NCBI GenBank assembly: GCA_026770705.1
Contig: JANJGN010000014.1
Location: 18,042,001 to 18,106,000, forward strand
DNA from: Isurus oxyrinchus
Taxonomy: Eukaryota
Direction of reading: 5' to 3'
Length of the DNA: 64,000 nt
The translations under genes were made by a program, and so were the position numbers. A model generated the notes under the pieces. The model searched no databases. It was given only the letters and a program-made list of their open reading frames with translations, and was not told the DNA's origin. Shown piece by piece: positions 8,862 to 20,700 of this stretch. Each line of letters opens with the position of its first letter. The first letter of the stretch is position 1.

Positions 8862-9889
8862 CTTTTCTTCTCCGCCGATGCTGCCAGACCTGCTGAGTTT
8901 TTCCAGGTAATTCTGTTTTTGTTTTGGATTTCCAGCATCCGCAGTTCTGTTTGTTTTTATGTAGGTGGCTGAGTTGGTTGTTCTCTGGTAGACAGTAGTG
9001 CTGGGTTGGATTCTTTTAAGAAATCTCTGTTTGCAGCAGGGTGCTCCTGAATGATGACAGTCAGCAAACAAGGCTCGGAGCTTACCATGCGAAGCAGGAG
9101 GGGCTACACTTAGGTCTTCTCCTGAAGCTGCTTGTCTTCAGTTCTGCTGAGAAAACATACTTAAAACATTCAGAAGGTTGGCTTGTCATTTGATTTTCCT
9201 TCTCCAACTGCCAGGGGGATTCAAAAGAAAGATATTGTCTGTGTATTCCAAGGGCGACATGATTAGCTTATGTCTGGAAGCTAGTTGAGACAGGGTCCCA
9301 TTGTCCTAATGATTAGTCTTAATGGCCTTTCTCCAATAGTTGAATACCTCAGGTGATTGCCACAGATGCCTTCCTAATGAGACAGGGGATGTGAGTCCTT
9401 CATGCTCCCTTGAAGTCATTGTCTTTGATGGATTTTGTAGACAGACTGACTCCGGTCCACTGAAATGGAATGTGGAGTGTATAGTAATGCAAGTTTGGGT
9501 TAGCCATCTTGGGTTGTGAGTTCCAGTTGTTTTAGCCTCTGTGTTTTTTAAAAAGTCTGTTTTTAAAAGTTCCATTCAGGTTTCCAGCCACTGGATTAAA
9601 AATCGTTATTTGGCATAAAGCACAACTTCATGACCCCATCCAGGTTGATGTGATCCACTTGCTCAGTAGCCCCTGCAACAATACCTTCAACACTCACAAA
9701 GGGAGCAGTGTTAGCGGCATGCCTTCTGTGTGTCAAAGTGACAAGAAACCCACTTATCTGTTCCCCCCTTATGGTGAGATTCAGGCTGTCTTGCTTGATT
9801 TTGCATTTCTCAACCCCAATAATGGCCAGGCTTTCTGGACAATTGTTTCCTCTGCCTGTTAATCTAGTCAAATTTGGAGGGGGACCCTC

Positions 9890-10460
9890 AATAGTCAGTC
9901 CATAGTTCTGGCTCCATCTTACAAAAAACATATTGAGGCACAGGAGAAGGTGCAAGGCAGAATTACAAGGATGATAGTGGAATTGAGAGGTTATAACTAT
10001 CAGTAATGTCTGAATAGGATGTGTCTCTTTTCTCTGGAGTGGTCAAGATGGAGGTTTTTAAGGTTATGAAGTGTCTCGATAGGGTAAACTTAGAGAGAAA
10101 GTGTTTCCATTTCTGATGAGGTATTAAACTAAGGGTCATAAATAGAAGATAGTCACTAATACATCCAGTAAGGAACTCGGGAAGAATTTCTTTACCTAGA
10201 TAGTGGTTAGAATTTGGAACTCACTATCACAGGGAGTGGTTGAAGCCAATAGTATAGATGTATTTAAGAGGCAGCTAGATAAGTACATGAGGGAGAATGG
10301 AATAGAAGGATATGTTGATAGGGTGAAGGGGCATGTGGAACCTAAACACCTGCACAGATCTGTTGGAGCAAATAGAGCAAATGGTGCAGTAAATTCTATG
10401 TAATGGGTAATGCGGGATGACTAGCCTGTGAAGTACTGGTACAGGAGCATCTATACCATA
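9890..10460 (+). mobile_element. CR1 LINE 3' fragment, decayed
   Basis: FWLHL...EKVQ...VVRIWNSLSQGVVEANSIDVFKRQLDKYM CR1 C-terminal motifs. Confidence 0.75.
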
Positions 10461-11559
10461 GTTTAGTATAGACCCCATTTTGACCTGTCTCCCAAATTCT
10501 CAGATATTTTACCAATCATATCAGTGTACCTGTATCTATGCATTAAGAGGATAAAAATGTTTTAGGAGGCATGCTGTGAAAGTGAGGAGGATTCCAACCT
10601 GTTATTTCTGGATTACATTTAATGGCTTAATGTTGGGACTGATGCTTATTATGTTATTAAAGGAGATATACTCAGTATTAAAACCAATTGTATCTATCTC
10701 CCACTATGTGCTGGCTCATCTCATTACAGTTTGGATCAGATCTGGGGAATTACACTGGCAGGCCTGACAGACAGTCACTGTACAGCTTTGAAAAGATAAA
10801 AATGAAAGGAAATGCGTATCTCTCTCCCTGTCGCAGCATTTGCTGCATGTACCCTCTACCTCTAATCCTTTGTTGTGTATATCCCTCTATCCTAGATCCA
10901 TCAATGTCTGTATCCCTGTATTCCTGCCCCTTCAGTCTCTGTCTCTGATCCTTGGCACATTTCTCTCTCCATTCATTTCTGCTCAGAGGTGATCCTAACC
11001 TGTTGACCCTTACCAAATGAATAACAGCATTAGTGTTTGGACTAGCCTTCCTCTACCAGATTTGTAAATATTGCCCTTAAAGCCCATAATTACAAGATGC
11101 CCCTCTTTCATTCCAGGAAATAGTGTGTACAGTGGATGCAGTAGCCAATTGCCAAATGCTCCATTTATATCCATGCTGGTATTGTTGCAATGGGAACCTT
11201 TTTAACTAATGTGATCAGTTGCAGTAAAAACAGCTTCAGTGATTCATGACAATGTGTAAGCAGACAACAGCAGCTCCCAGTGCATTCACTTTCCTGTAAA
11301 TGAGCTGACGGCACTCACCCTGATGATTAAACACTGAGATAGATGACTGCACAGACAGTGTCTCCTTTTTCTTGTGTGTTTGTTTTGTGGGCAATTAGAG
11401 AGTTTAACTTACAAAACAAAGATGGAGCCCTCCCCTCAACACAAAGAAAATGACATCTCCTCAGCCCTCACTACCAATTTGGAAATCACCACCCCATGCC
11501 CTCATATCTGGACCTTTCCATCCACACTATTTGATCTGTGGGAACTCTTTCCAACCAAG

Positions 11560-11975
11560 AAAATTTCTTGTTCAAGCCTTTCATTTGGCCCATCATGTCT
11601 GTACTGGCTCTATGAAAGAGCTAACCATTAGTCCCACTTTCCTGTCCCTTCTCCATTTCCCAGTAGTCCTTTTCAAGTATTTATCCAATGTCCTTTTGAA
11701 TGTTACTATTGAATCTGCTCCCACCACCCCTTTGAGCAGCGCATCACAGATCAAAACAGCTCACCGTGTTTAAAAATATATTATTTAAAAATAATTTCCT
11801 CATCATCTGGTTCTTTAGCCCTCTGATCATCTGTGCCCTCTGGCAAAGCCTCTTAATTTTGAACATTTCTATTTAAATTGCCACTTCACTTTCTCTGCTC
11901 GAAGGAGAGAAATCCCAGTTTCTATAGTCTCTCCACGTAACAGTGGTCCTTCTCCCCTGTTGCCATTGTAGCTGA
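11560..11975 (-). mobile_element. CR1 LINE 3' fragment, old
   Basis: Reverse complement resembles the CR1 C-terminus and 3' UTR seen elsewhere in the window. Confidence 0.55.
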
Positions 11976-12508
11976 TTGCCCCTCACCTGGAATTATCACC
12001 TCCTTTTACTGCCAGCTCACAGACACATAGGACAGAGTTTTCCTGTTGGTGTGTGGGGGTGGGCCCAGCACGTCTGCGCATAAAATGGCGGGTGGTGATG
12101 TCGGGCCAGTGTTCCGATGTCACCGCGTGCCATTGCGATATTTTGTTGGGCGCCATGATATCCGCTGGGTGCCCACCCCACCATTAATTAATGGGCCACT
12201 TATCAATGAAAAATTTTCAGCGCCCGTGCAATCTTTGCGTCAGCGCACAGGCACAGCGGGCAGGAGGGTAGGGCACATTTGTATGAACCTCATCCATGGG
12301 CGGGATAAGAGGCTCACTGGGGTCGCGAGTGTGCTCTGTCGAATATTGATTTTTCAAAGTTATTGAAACTTAGCTGTGTGACCTGCAATACTTCAAAACG
12401 CATACCAGCTAGCTGCTTTGTCTGACCCTTAACCTTCAGGTCAGCACTCAAAATTGAGGAATCCTTTTTGGGCCTGCAGCTTTCAGGAAACCTTCCCTTA
12501 GCCTGGGA

Positions 12509-13696
12509 ATGGGAGCTGAACTGTCTACTGGAGGCACCTCCTCTGAGGAGGAAGCAAGGGTTAGAAGGTGGAGGAGGCCAGTAGTGCACATTCAGCCTCC
12601 AGGGGAGCCACCTTTGGGAGGAGAGGCGCAGGCACAAGGGGCGCAGGGCCAAGAGGTAGTCCAAGGTGGAAGGGGCTGCAGAAGACGCCACTATCCTGCT
12701 GCCAGGGTTTACAGGCAGCGAAGCAGCTACCTCAACATGTCTGAGGTGCAGTGCCGAAGGAGGCTCTGTCTCTCAAGGGAGACAGTCAACTATATCCGTC
12801 AGATGATAAGGCCTGACATCTCCCCTAACTGTATGGGTGGACGGCCTATAACTGTGGCTCTGAAGATCACAGCTCCCCTCAACTTCTTTGCTTCTGACTC
12901 CTTCCAGGGCTCGGTGGCTGATCTTTTGCAGTGTCTCCCAATCAGCTGTCCACACTTGTGTCAAGCAGGTTACAGACACTCTGTTTAGGCATCCATTGAC
13001 CTTCATCCACTTCCTTTGGGACCAGGCAAGACAGACACAGCGAGCCAGAGGCTTCCCCCGTGTCCAGCGTGTAATAGACTGCACACATGAGGCCATCAAT
13101 GCGCCAGCAGGTGAGCCCAGTGCCTTCGTCAACAGGAAGGACTTCCACTCCATGAACGTGCAGATAGTGTGTGATCACAGGATGCTGATTTTACAAGTCT
13201 CTGCAAGGTACCCAGGCAGCTCCCATGATGCCTATATTCTCAGACACTCCCAGGTGCCGGGGCTCTTCAGTGCTCCAGCCCAGCTGGATGGATGGCTGCT
13301 GGGTGACGAGGGCTATCCCCTCAGAAGGTGGCTCATGACGCCTCTCCACCATCCAAGAACAGAAGTTGTGCAGTGCTACGATAGGATCCACGGCTCCATA
13401 AGGGCTGTGGTGGAGAGAACCATTGGTTTTCTCAAGATGCGCTTCCGATGCCTGGACCGCTCAGGGGGCGCACTCCAGATCATGTGTCGCTGATAGTGGT
13501 TGCAGGCTGCACTCTGCACAATCTTGCGCTGGAAAGGGGGGACGCAGTGGACGATGAAGATGTAGACATATTGGCTGCGGCTGCACACGATGAGTCCAGC
13601 AGTGATTCTGAGGATGAGCAGGCACAGGGAAATGCTGACGGGGTAGACGCTGACCCGGGCATACTGCAGGGAGGCAGGGACACCCGGAGGCTTTAA
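12509..13696 (+). pseudogene. Harbinger DDE transposase (HARBI1-family), frameshifted across three ORFs
   Basis: LNFFASDSFQ, SQSAVH, GFPRVQRVIDCTH, FVNRKDFHSMNVQIVCD, PGSSHD, WLLGDEGYP, VVERTIGFLKMRFRCLD, CTLHNLA, plus an acidic tail. Confidence 0.9.
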
Positions 13697-14049
13697 TCCA
13701 ATGAACCTTCAGCTAGCACACCACATGTGGACCTCCAGGACAAGCCTGGGCTGTATGCTCGATACTCGATACCTAAGTGCCAAATCTGCCAGGTTAGGAA
13801 CAGTAACTAAGGATCTTGTCAATAAAGCTGAATTTCCCACAAAGCATTCATAACATTTTTGGAAACCATACACATGTAGAAGAAAAGAGGCACCTTCAGT
13901 CTTGGTCATGTGTCTGAATTTAATATCACAGGCAAATAAACTTAGTGAAACAAAATGACAAGAGTGTTTCAATTCAAAGCAAATCATAAAGACCTCATCT
14001 CAGGCCAACACAAAAGCACCAGTGATAAACCCGTGGTGTGCCTAAGGTG

Positions 14050-15965
14050 CTTTTTGTTTACATTTCTGGGTGCTACGTCTTGGTGCTGCCCCATCGTTGG
14101 AAGTGGCATCTGAGACAGTCCTGCTGACTCTGCTGTCCTGTTGGCCTCGATGACCCTGGTGGTCATCCTCTGGCCCGTGGAGCCTATGCTGGCCTCGCCG
14201 GGGAGGGAGCTGCCAGTTCCACACCTGGCATCTCCTCAGTCATCGCAGCCTCAGCAGATGCTACAGTCACTGGGAGAGAGGCGGAAGAGCTGCCGCCCAC
14301 ATCTGGAGCGCCCTGAGAGGTGCCCACAGAAGCGACAGGCAGCTGCTGCGCCGACATGAGGTCACTTTGGACCTCCCTGCTCACCGTGGATGAATGGGCA
14401 CTGAGCTGGGAAACTTGGTGCCCAGACCATCTCCTGCACTGGCACTGACCAGCTGAGGTCAATGCCGATGTGAGGGCTTGCTGGTCGGAGTGCATCCCCA
14501 GGAAGCCCTGATGGGTCCCTGGAGGAGCCTCTCCACAGGAGTCACCACTCTCTCCATGGAGGACACATGGCACTCAGACATGTGGCTCATTGCTTCGGTT
14601 ATCATCCGCGTAGACTCCTCACCATAGAGACCAAGCCAAGCATAGCCTTAAGTATCTCCCCCAGCTGCTTCCACGCACCCAGCCATATTTCCTACCCCTG
14701 CTGCGTTGCGGACGACTCCAGAGGCACATCATCAGGCACCAACTGAGCATGTGCCTGGTCCCCTGCCGTCCTCCGACTGCGCCATGAGCACTCTCTGTCT
14801 CTGCCAGCTCCTCCAGCGACTATGAGGTGCCCTCACCACTGTGCCCCGGACCACTAGCCGATGTTCTAATTCCCACCGAGGTGCTAGTATCAGCGCTGGT
14901 GCCTGCCTGGCAGAGATGGTGTGATGTTGGTGAGACTTCAGGACCCTCAGGTGTGAGAGGGGGCCTCTGCTGCTCCTCCATCCAGCCCTGCTCCACAGAT
15001 GCTGAAAGGAAGAACATGGAGATCGGATCAGTTAACATGGAGACAATGACAAGGTGCATCCCTGCCCCCCGGATCATTATGCACTCATCCTTCTGTAACC
15101 AATGGTCAAAACATGTTGCAAAATTAAATCACTTAACATTCAGCACTCTATGGCTGTTGGGGGATTAATGCTGACCTCACTGCTGGCCTTATATACCTGG
15201 CTGTGGCACCCCAGCCTCACCGACACCAGTGGACCTGGGTGCATGGCACCTCTCCAAATCTACAGCCTCTTGCTCAAACCAGCTGAGAATGGCTAACTGC
15301 GCCAGGCTGCCACCAGCCCTCACCCGCTCGCGGCTTTACGAGCATTCTTCTCCTGAAAATGAGAGAAGAGCATTGATTAATCCAAATTGTACATGGGCTC
15401 TCTCTGCGCACGGCCCACCCCAACCAGAGTGGGATATATCAGGGCTCCAGTGCCTCCTCACTCTGCTGCTGCCGAACACTCACACAAAGATGCTAGGCCG
15501 GTTCCCCACCACCTGACCCCCCACCTTGGCCACACGCTGCCTACATCACATTAGGCACCACACGGTATATCCTTCCGTAGCAAGGAGGCGCAAGTGCAGC
15601 TCCTCCAAGTTGCCCCCCAAAACAGTTTCAGTGTACCACTTGCTGTGGGTGCAGAACCCATCTCTTCACCACCCTCTCAGGGTGACCTAGGCATGGGCAG
15701 TATCTGCTGGCCCACCCAGCAAAGGACACATGCTATCAATGATTCAATGCAGTCATAATACTCAGACTTGGGGAGGAGGAGGGCAGCAGTGGGGGGGAAG
15801 CTGACCTGCTGGGTTAAGTGACCAATGCCAACATTGTCCTCACCCTTCCAGACCGCAACAAGTCATTGAAGCGCTTGTGACACTGGATCCAGATGCACCG
15901 CACCACATCGCGGGAGCTCACCACCTCTGCCACCTCCTCCCAGGCACGTTTTGTCATGTGGGGGG

Positions 15966-16003
<38 letters not shown>

Positions 16004-16150
16004 GGGGGTGGAGGGGGGGGGCCTCCTCCTCCTGTCCTGGGGAACCAGCACCTCCTGCCGCGCTGCCACCTCCTTAAGGAGGGCAACAAGGCAACCAACG
16101 GAAAAATGAGGGGTACAGTGGCCCCCAGCCCTACCCTCCAGCCTGGCTTG
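14050..16150 (-). pseudogene. Harbinger Myb/SANT-like (trihelix) DNA-binding gene, spliced, decayed
   Basis: TKRAWEEVAEVVSS...IWIQCHKRFNDL (exon ends 15844, GTGAG donor); acceptor ttttcag then exon 15352-15197 (EKNA...ERVRAGGS...FEQEA); next acceptor before 15001. Distal end is approximate. Confidence 0.75.
15960..16021 (+). repeat. About 62-nt nearly pure poly-G tract
   Basis: Seen directly; reads as poly-Pro in the Myb frame. Confidence 0.95.
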
Positions 16151-16794
16151 CCCCTATGGCCTACCCTCTGGCCTGGCCTGCCCCGATGACCTATCCTCCG
16201 GACTTGCGTCACCTCTATTGCCCCTCTGCAGAGCCCTTCGCCCAGTCATTGCGAGCGGCCTTTCCAAGGCTGCCAGGCTTTCCTTTGTACAGGCCGCCGG
16301 GCCGCCATTGGACCCAGTGGGCTGAGCGCGCCCTCCACCACCCGTCCACGTCCGCTATGCACGGGAGTCATGAAGTAGGCTGGGCGGGCCTTAATTGGCC
16401 CGCCCGTGATAAATGGCAGCATGGACCTGATTGTGGGCAGCAATCGGGTCCATGCCCGCCTGCGCCCGCTCCTGCTCCACGCCCCCACCAGCCAGAAAAC
16501 TCAGCCTATACCATTCAAGGGAGAGACAGTTGGAGGGGGAGGGGAAGAGCCACTTATCTCATCATCAACTTTTCCCAAGTTCAACCCACTTATATTTAAC
16601 CTTCACAGGAGATCTGTTGTGGAAGTTGTCAATCGAAACTTATCAGAAGCAACTTTCCAAAGATTTTTTTCTCAGATAGCACCAGAGTTCATCATAATGA
16701 TATTTTGGGGGGAGAGGTCAGAAAACAGCACTTGCACCCTCGATTTCTCGGACAACCTATTTGTCGATTGACTACCCACTACTTGCTAATTGGG

Positions 16795-17640
16795 TCATAC
16801 GTACACACAAACATACGAATTGGGAACAGGAGTAGGCCACTCGGCCCCTCAAGCCTGGTCTGCCATTCAGTAAGACCATGGCTGGTCTGTTGTAACCTCA
16901 ACTCCAAATTCCAACTTACCCCTTATAACCTTTCAGCCCCTTGCTTATCAAGAACCTATCCAGCACTGCCTTAAAAATATTCAAGGGCCCTGCTTCCGTC
17001 ACCTTTTGGCGAAAAAAGTTCCAAAGACTCACAAACCTCTGAGAGAAAAGAAATCTCCTTATCTCTGTCTCAAATGGGCGACCCTTTATTTTTAAACAGT
17101 GGCCCCTAGTTCTAGATTCTCTCACAAGAGGAAACATCCTCTCCACATCCACCCTGTCAAGACCCCTCAGGATCTTATGTGTTTCAATCAAGTCACCTCT
17201 TACTCTTCCAAACTCGAGCATATGCAAGCTTAGTCTGTCCAACCTTTCCTCATAAGACAACCTGTCCATTCTAGGTATTAGTCTAGTAAACCTTCTCTGC
17301 TTCCAGTGCACTTACATTCTTCCTTAAATAAGGGGACCAATACTGTGCACACCAGATCTGTTCACACCAACGTCCTGTATAATGGAAGCATAACCTCCCT
17401 AATTTTGTATTCAATTCTCCTTGCAATAAATGATAACATTCTATTAGTTTTCCTAATTACTTGTTGAACCTGCATACTAACCTTTGGTGATTCATGCACT
17501 AGGACACCCAGATCCCTCTGCATTTCAGAGCTCTGCAATCTCTCACCATTTAGCTAATGTGCTGCTTTTTTTATTCTTCCTGCCAAAATAGACAATTTCA
17601 CATTTTCCCACATTATACTCCATCTGCCAGATCTTTGCCC
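16795..17640 (-). mobile_element. CR1 LINE 3' fragment
   Basis: ORF 16916..17311 QRRFTRLIPRM..LSYEERL...RGDLIETHKIL...RTRGH; CR1 3' tail. Confidence 0.88.
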
Positions 17641-17769
17641 GAAGAGAGCACAAAGTGAGTGAATAGAACTGGTCCATTGGAATTATAAACATGGGGAGTG
17701 ACTGGGATAGGTTGGTCCATTAGAATTTTTGTTACTGCTGTGTTGTCGAAGATGAATCAATTAGAATTT

Positions 17770-20700
17770 ATTGAGTTAAGTCTGAGGTGCTGTATACTGA
17801 ACAGTGATGAATTAGTCCAATTTGAGCACAAAAGGATCTGTTGCATGTTGGACACGTATGTATTGTTGGTGTGGAAGAGGTACTTCCAGCTCTGGACTTG
17901 CAAAGCTCACATTTCCATTTGGCTAGGGCAACTCTGCTCTGTTCGTAGGAGGGGTGGCGCCTTTGTTGATGAGACTGTGCTGCATAGAGCAATCCTTGCG
18001 AGGTTCTTCAGGAATGATAGTGAAGCTCTTTAGTCAGACCTTCAGGGTGTCCTTGAAGAGGTTTTTCTAGCCTCCTTGTGAATGTTTCCCTTCAATTAGC
18101 TTGTTGTGGAAGAGTTTTTTTGGCAAGTGCTCAACAGGCATTCTGGTAATATGGTCTGCCTGTCTTATCCGAGGTTTCTTCAATGGAGTGTGGATGCCAG
18201 GAATGTTGGTCAGGGAGAGACCTTCAGTTTTAGCAACCTTGTTTTGCCATCTGATCTTGAGTAGTCTCCACAAGCAGGTCATGTGAAAACAGCAGAGCTT
18301 TAAGCCTGCCTGTCCATGCCTCACAAGCATACAAGAGAGTGGGAAGGACAACCATTCTGTATATCTTGACTATTGTTGAGAGACTAATTGCTCTTCACTC
18401 TCAGTTGGTTTTTCATAGCTTGCCAAAGACAGCGCTGGCCTCAGCCATTCTGGCATTGACTTTCTTGTCAATGCGAACTTGTTTGGAGTCAGTGCTGCCA
18501 AGGTAGGGAAACTTGTCGACTGTGTCAAGCCTCTGACCATTGACTGTAACAGCTGGCTTCACCTACTGCTTTTGTGGGGCTTGTTGGTAAATGACTTCTG
18601 TCTTTTTAGTGCTGATGGTGCGATGGAAGTTATCACCTGCAGATGAGAAGTGGTCCATGCTATATTGCATTTCTTATTCTGAGCAGGCATTTAAGGCACA
18701 GTTAACAGCAAAAAAGTCACAAACCACAGCTTCAAGCACTTTGGTTCTGGCTTGTCATCTCCCCAAATCGAAGACTTTACCGTCTGTGCAATTAATAATA
18801 TGGATGCCACTTTCGCTAACACAGAATGCTGCAGAAAGCATGGCAGAAAACATTATGTTGAACAGGGTGGGAGCTTACAAACTGCCCTACTGCACTCCAT
18901 TTGTGACTGGAACAGCACTAGAAGACTCACCACTATCCAGGGCATGCCATTGTGCTATTACCATACTATAATGATGCATTTAGCTGCGCAGCCACATTTT
19001 GCAATGGTCCTCCATAGGCCCTCATGACTAATTGTGTCGAGGCCTTTGGCCAGATCAACATTTGTTGAGCAAAAGTTGTAATTCTGCTCTTGGCATTTCT
19101 CCTGGAGCTGGTGTGCAGAAACACCGTGTCAACTGTACTATGGCCTTTTCTGAAGCCACATTGACTCTCTGACAGAAGGTCCTGTTTGAGATGCACTGTG
19201 AAGCAGTTTAGCAGGACTCCTGCAAGTATTTTCCCAGCAATGCACAGTAGGGAGATTCCTCAATGATTGTTGCAATCTTGATGATTTCCCTTCCTTTTTG
19301 GAAAATTGATGCATCTTTGAATTCCTGAGGAATAGCTTCTGGGTTCCACATTATCTGAAATAGCTAGGTGACTTTGTCCATGAGTATCGTGCCTCCTGAC
19401 TTGTATATTTCATTGGGTATTGCGTCTGACCCTGGTGCCTTTCCACTCGACAGGAGACTGACTGCTTTCATGATCTCAGCTTTGTTGGACATGTCAGCAA
19501 ATGTTGTTGACTTCAATTTGGGGCAAGGAGGTAGTTGCTTCATCATTGATTGTTGAGGGATGGTCGATTCAGAGCATTGTTAAAATGTCCTGTCCATCTT
19601 GCCAGGATTTTAGTCTTGTCTGTGATCAGTGTGGTTCCATCAGTGCTGAGAGAGGAATTTCCAGAAGCTTTTGGATTGTAGATTGTCTTCAGAATGTAGA
19701 AATGTTTTGTATGGTTTCTGTCTGTGAATGATTGTATTTCTTCCACCTTTTTGCTTAGCTGGCAATCCTACATCTCGCTAATCTTTGATTGGATGGTTTT
19801 ACAGATATTTTGAAAGTAGCTTTCTTTGATGCAGATGAACGGTCATTTTGCTCTGGAGTTTATGGGTGGTGGGTCCCAGATGTACTAGGGCGATACAGCG
19901 TACCATATCTCTGGAGGCTATACAGCTATCATATGCACTGTGAGAGACAAATTTAAGAGCATCTGGCTAGCAATCCAGATCTTCTGAGAAGTTTTGCCTC
20001 ACAAAGTCCATTTTGAGCCTCGAGATGTTGAGTTTCCTATTGATTGTTTTCCCCCAGGGGCATCTCTTGGGCTGAATGTGGGTGTGTAGCTTTGAGATAA
20101 TGAGTGTGTGGTCAGTCCAACAATCTGATCCACACATGGCTTTAGTCACTCTGACATCCTGCCTGTCCTTTCTTCTGACAATAACGCAGTCAACCAGATG
20201 CCAGTGCTTAGGGTGAGGGTACATCCGGGATGTCTTGCTTCGGTTTGGCAGACAGAATATAGTGTTGGTAATGAGGAGGTCATGCACTGCACACATCTTC
20301 AGCAGAAGAAGGCCATTGTTTTTGCTGTTACCAACTCCCTTTCTCCCTATAGCATCCTCCCAGGTCTAATGGTCATTTGGGTTTGTTGGGAGGCTGGCAA
20401 GTTTGGAGGCCAGGTTGGACTTGATAACCAACGCTACTCCTGCTCAATGCCACTCTTCATTATTATGATCACACCAGAAGATGGTGTATCCAGCCTCAGA
20501 GGCTATAATTTGCCCTTCATCAGTTAGATGAGTCTCACTTAATGCTGCTACATGGATGTTGCATCTGACAAGTTCTCTGACAACCAGGGCTGTTTGTCTC
20601 TCTGATCTCTCTGATCTGGCATAATCCACAAGAGGTCACACATTCCACGTGCTGATGCTAAGCGGTGCTACCTTTGTCTTCTTTCACTTGTTGTTCGGCC

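Larger units (their letters stand above)
4092..8958. mobile_element. Penelope-like retroelement (Neptune type), tail-out inverted insertion
   Basis: Minus arm 7192->4092 and plus arm 7200->8958; 4092-5816 mirrors 7200-8923; perfect TSD ATGTAGGTGGCTGA at 4078-4091 and 8959-8972. Confidence 0.95.
3664..9635. mobile_element. Solo LTR (about 1.09 kb: 3664-4091 + 8973-9635), split by the Penelope insertion
   Basis: Decayed termini (aa)TTATGA...TCATGAC(c); 4-bp CCAT duplication at 3660-3663 and 9636-9639; non-coding. Confidence 0.6.
12030..16506. mobile_element. PIF/Harbinger DNA transposon, full two-gene layout, decayed
   Basis: Imperfect TIRs GGACAGAGTTTTCCTGTTGG (12030) and CCAGCCAGAAAACTCAGCC (ending 16506), both next to TA; convergent transposase (+) and Myb/SANT (-) genes. 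Confidence 0.85.

Noticed and set aside
4092-8958. DNA transposon or foldback element with 1.7-kb TIRs
   Set aside because: The arms are retroelement coding and 3' sequence with unequal tail ends, and there is no transposase.
12509-13696. Domesticated host gene HARBI1
   Set aside because: It is frameshifted, lies within TIRs and is paired with a Myb gene, so it is a transposon copy.
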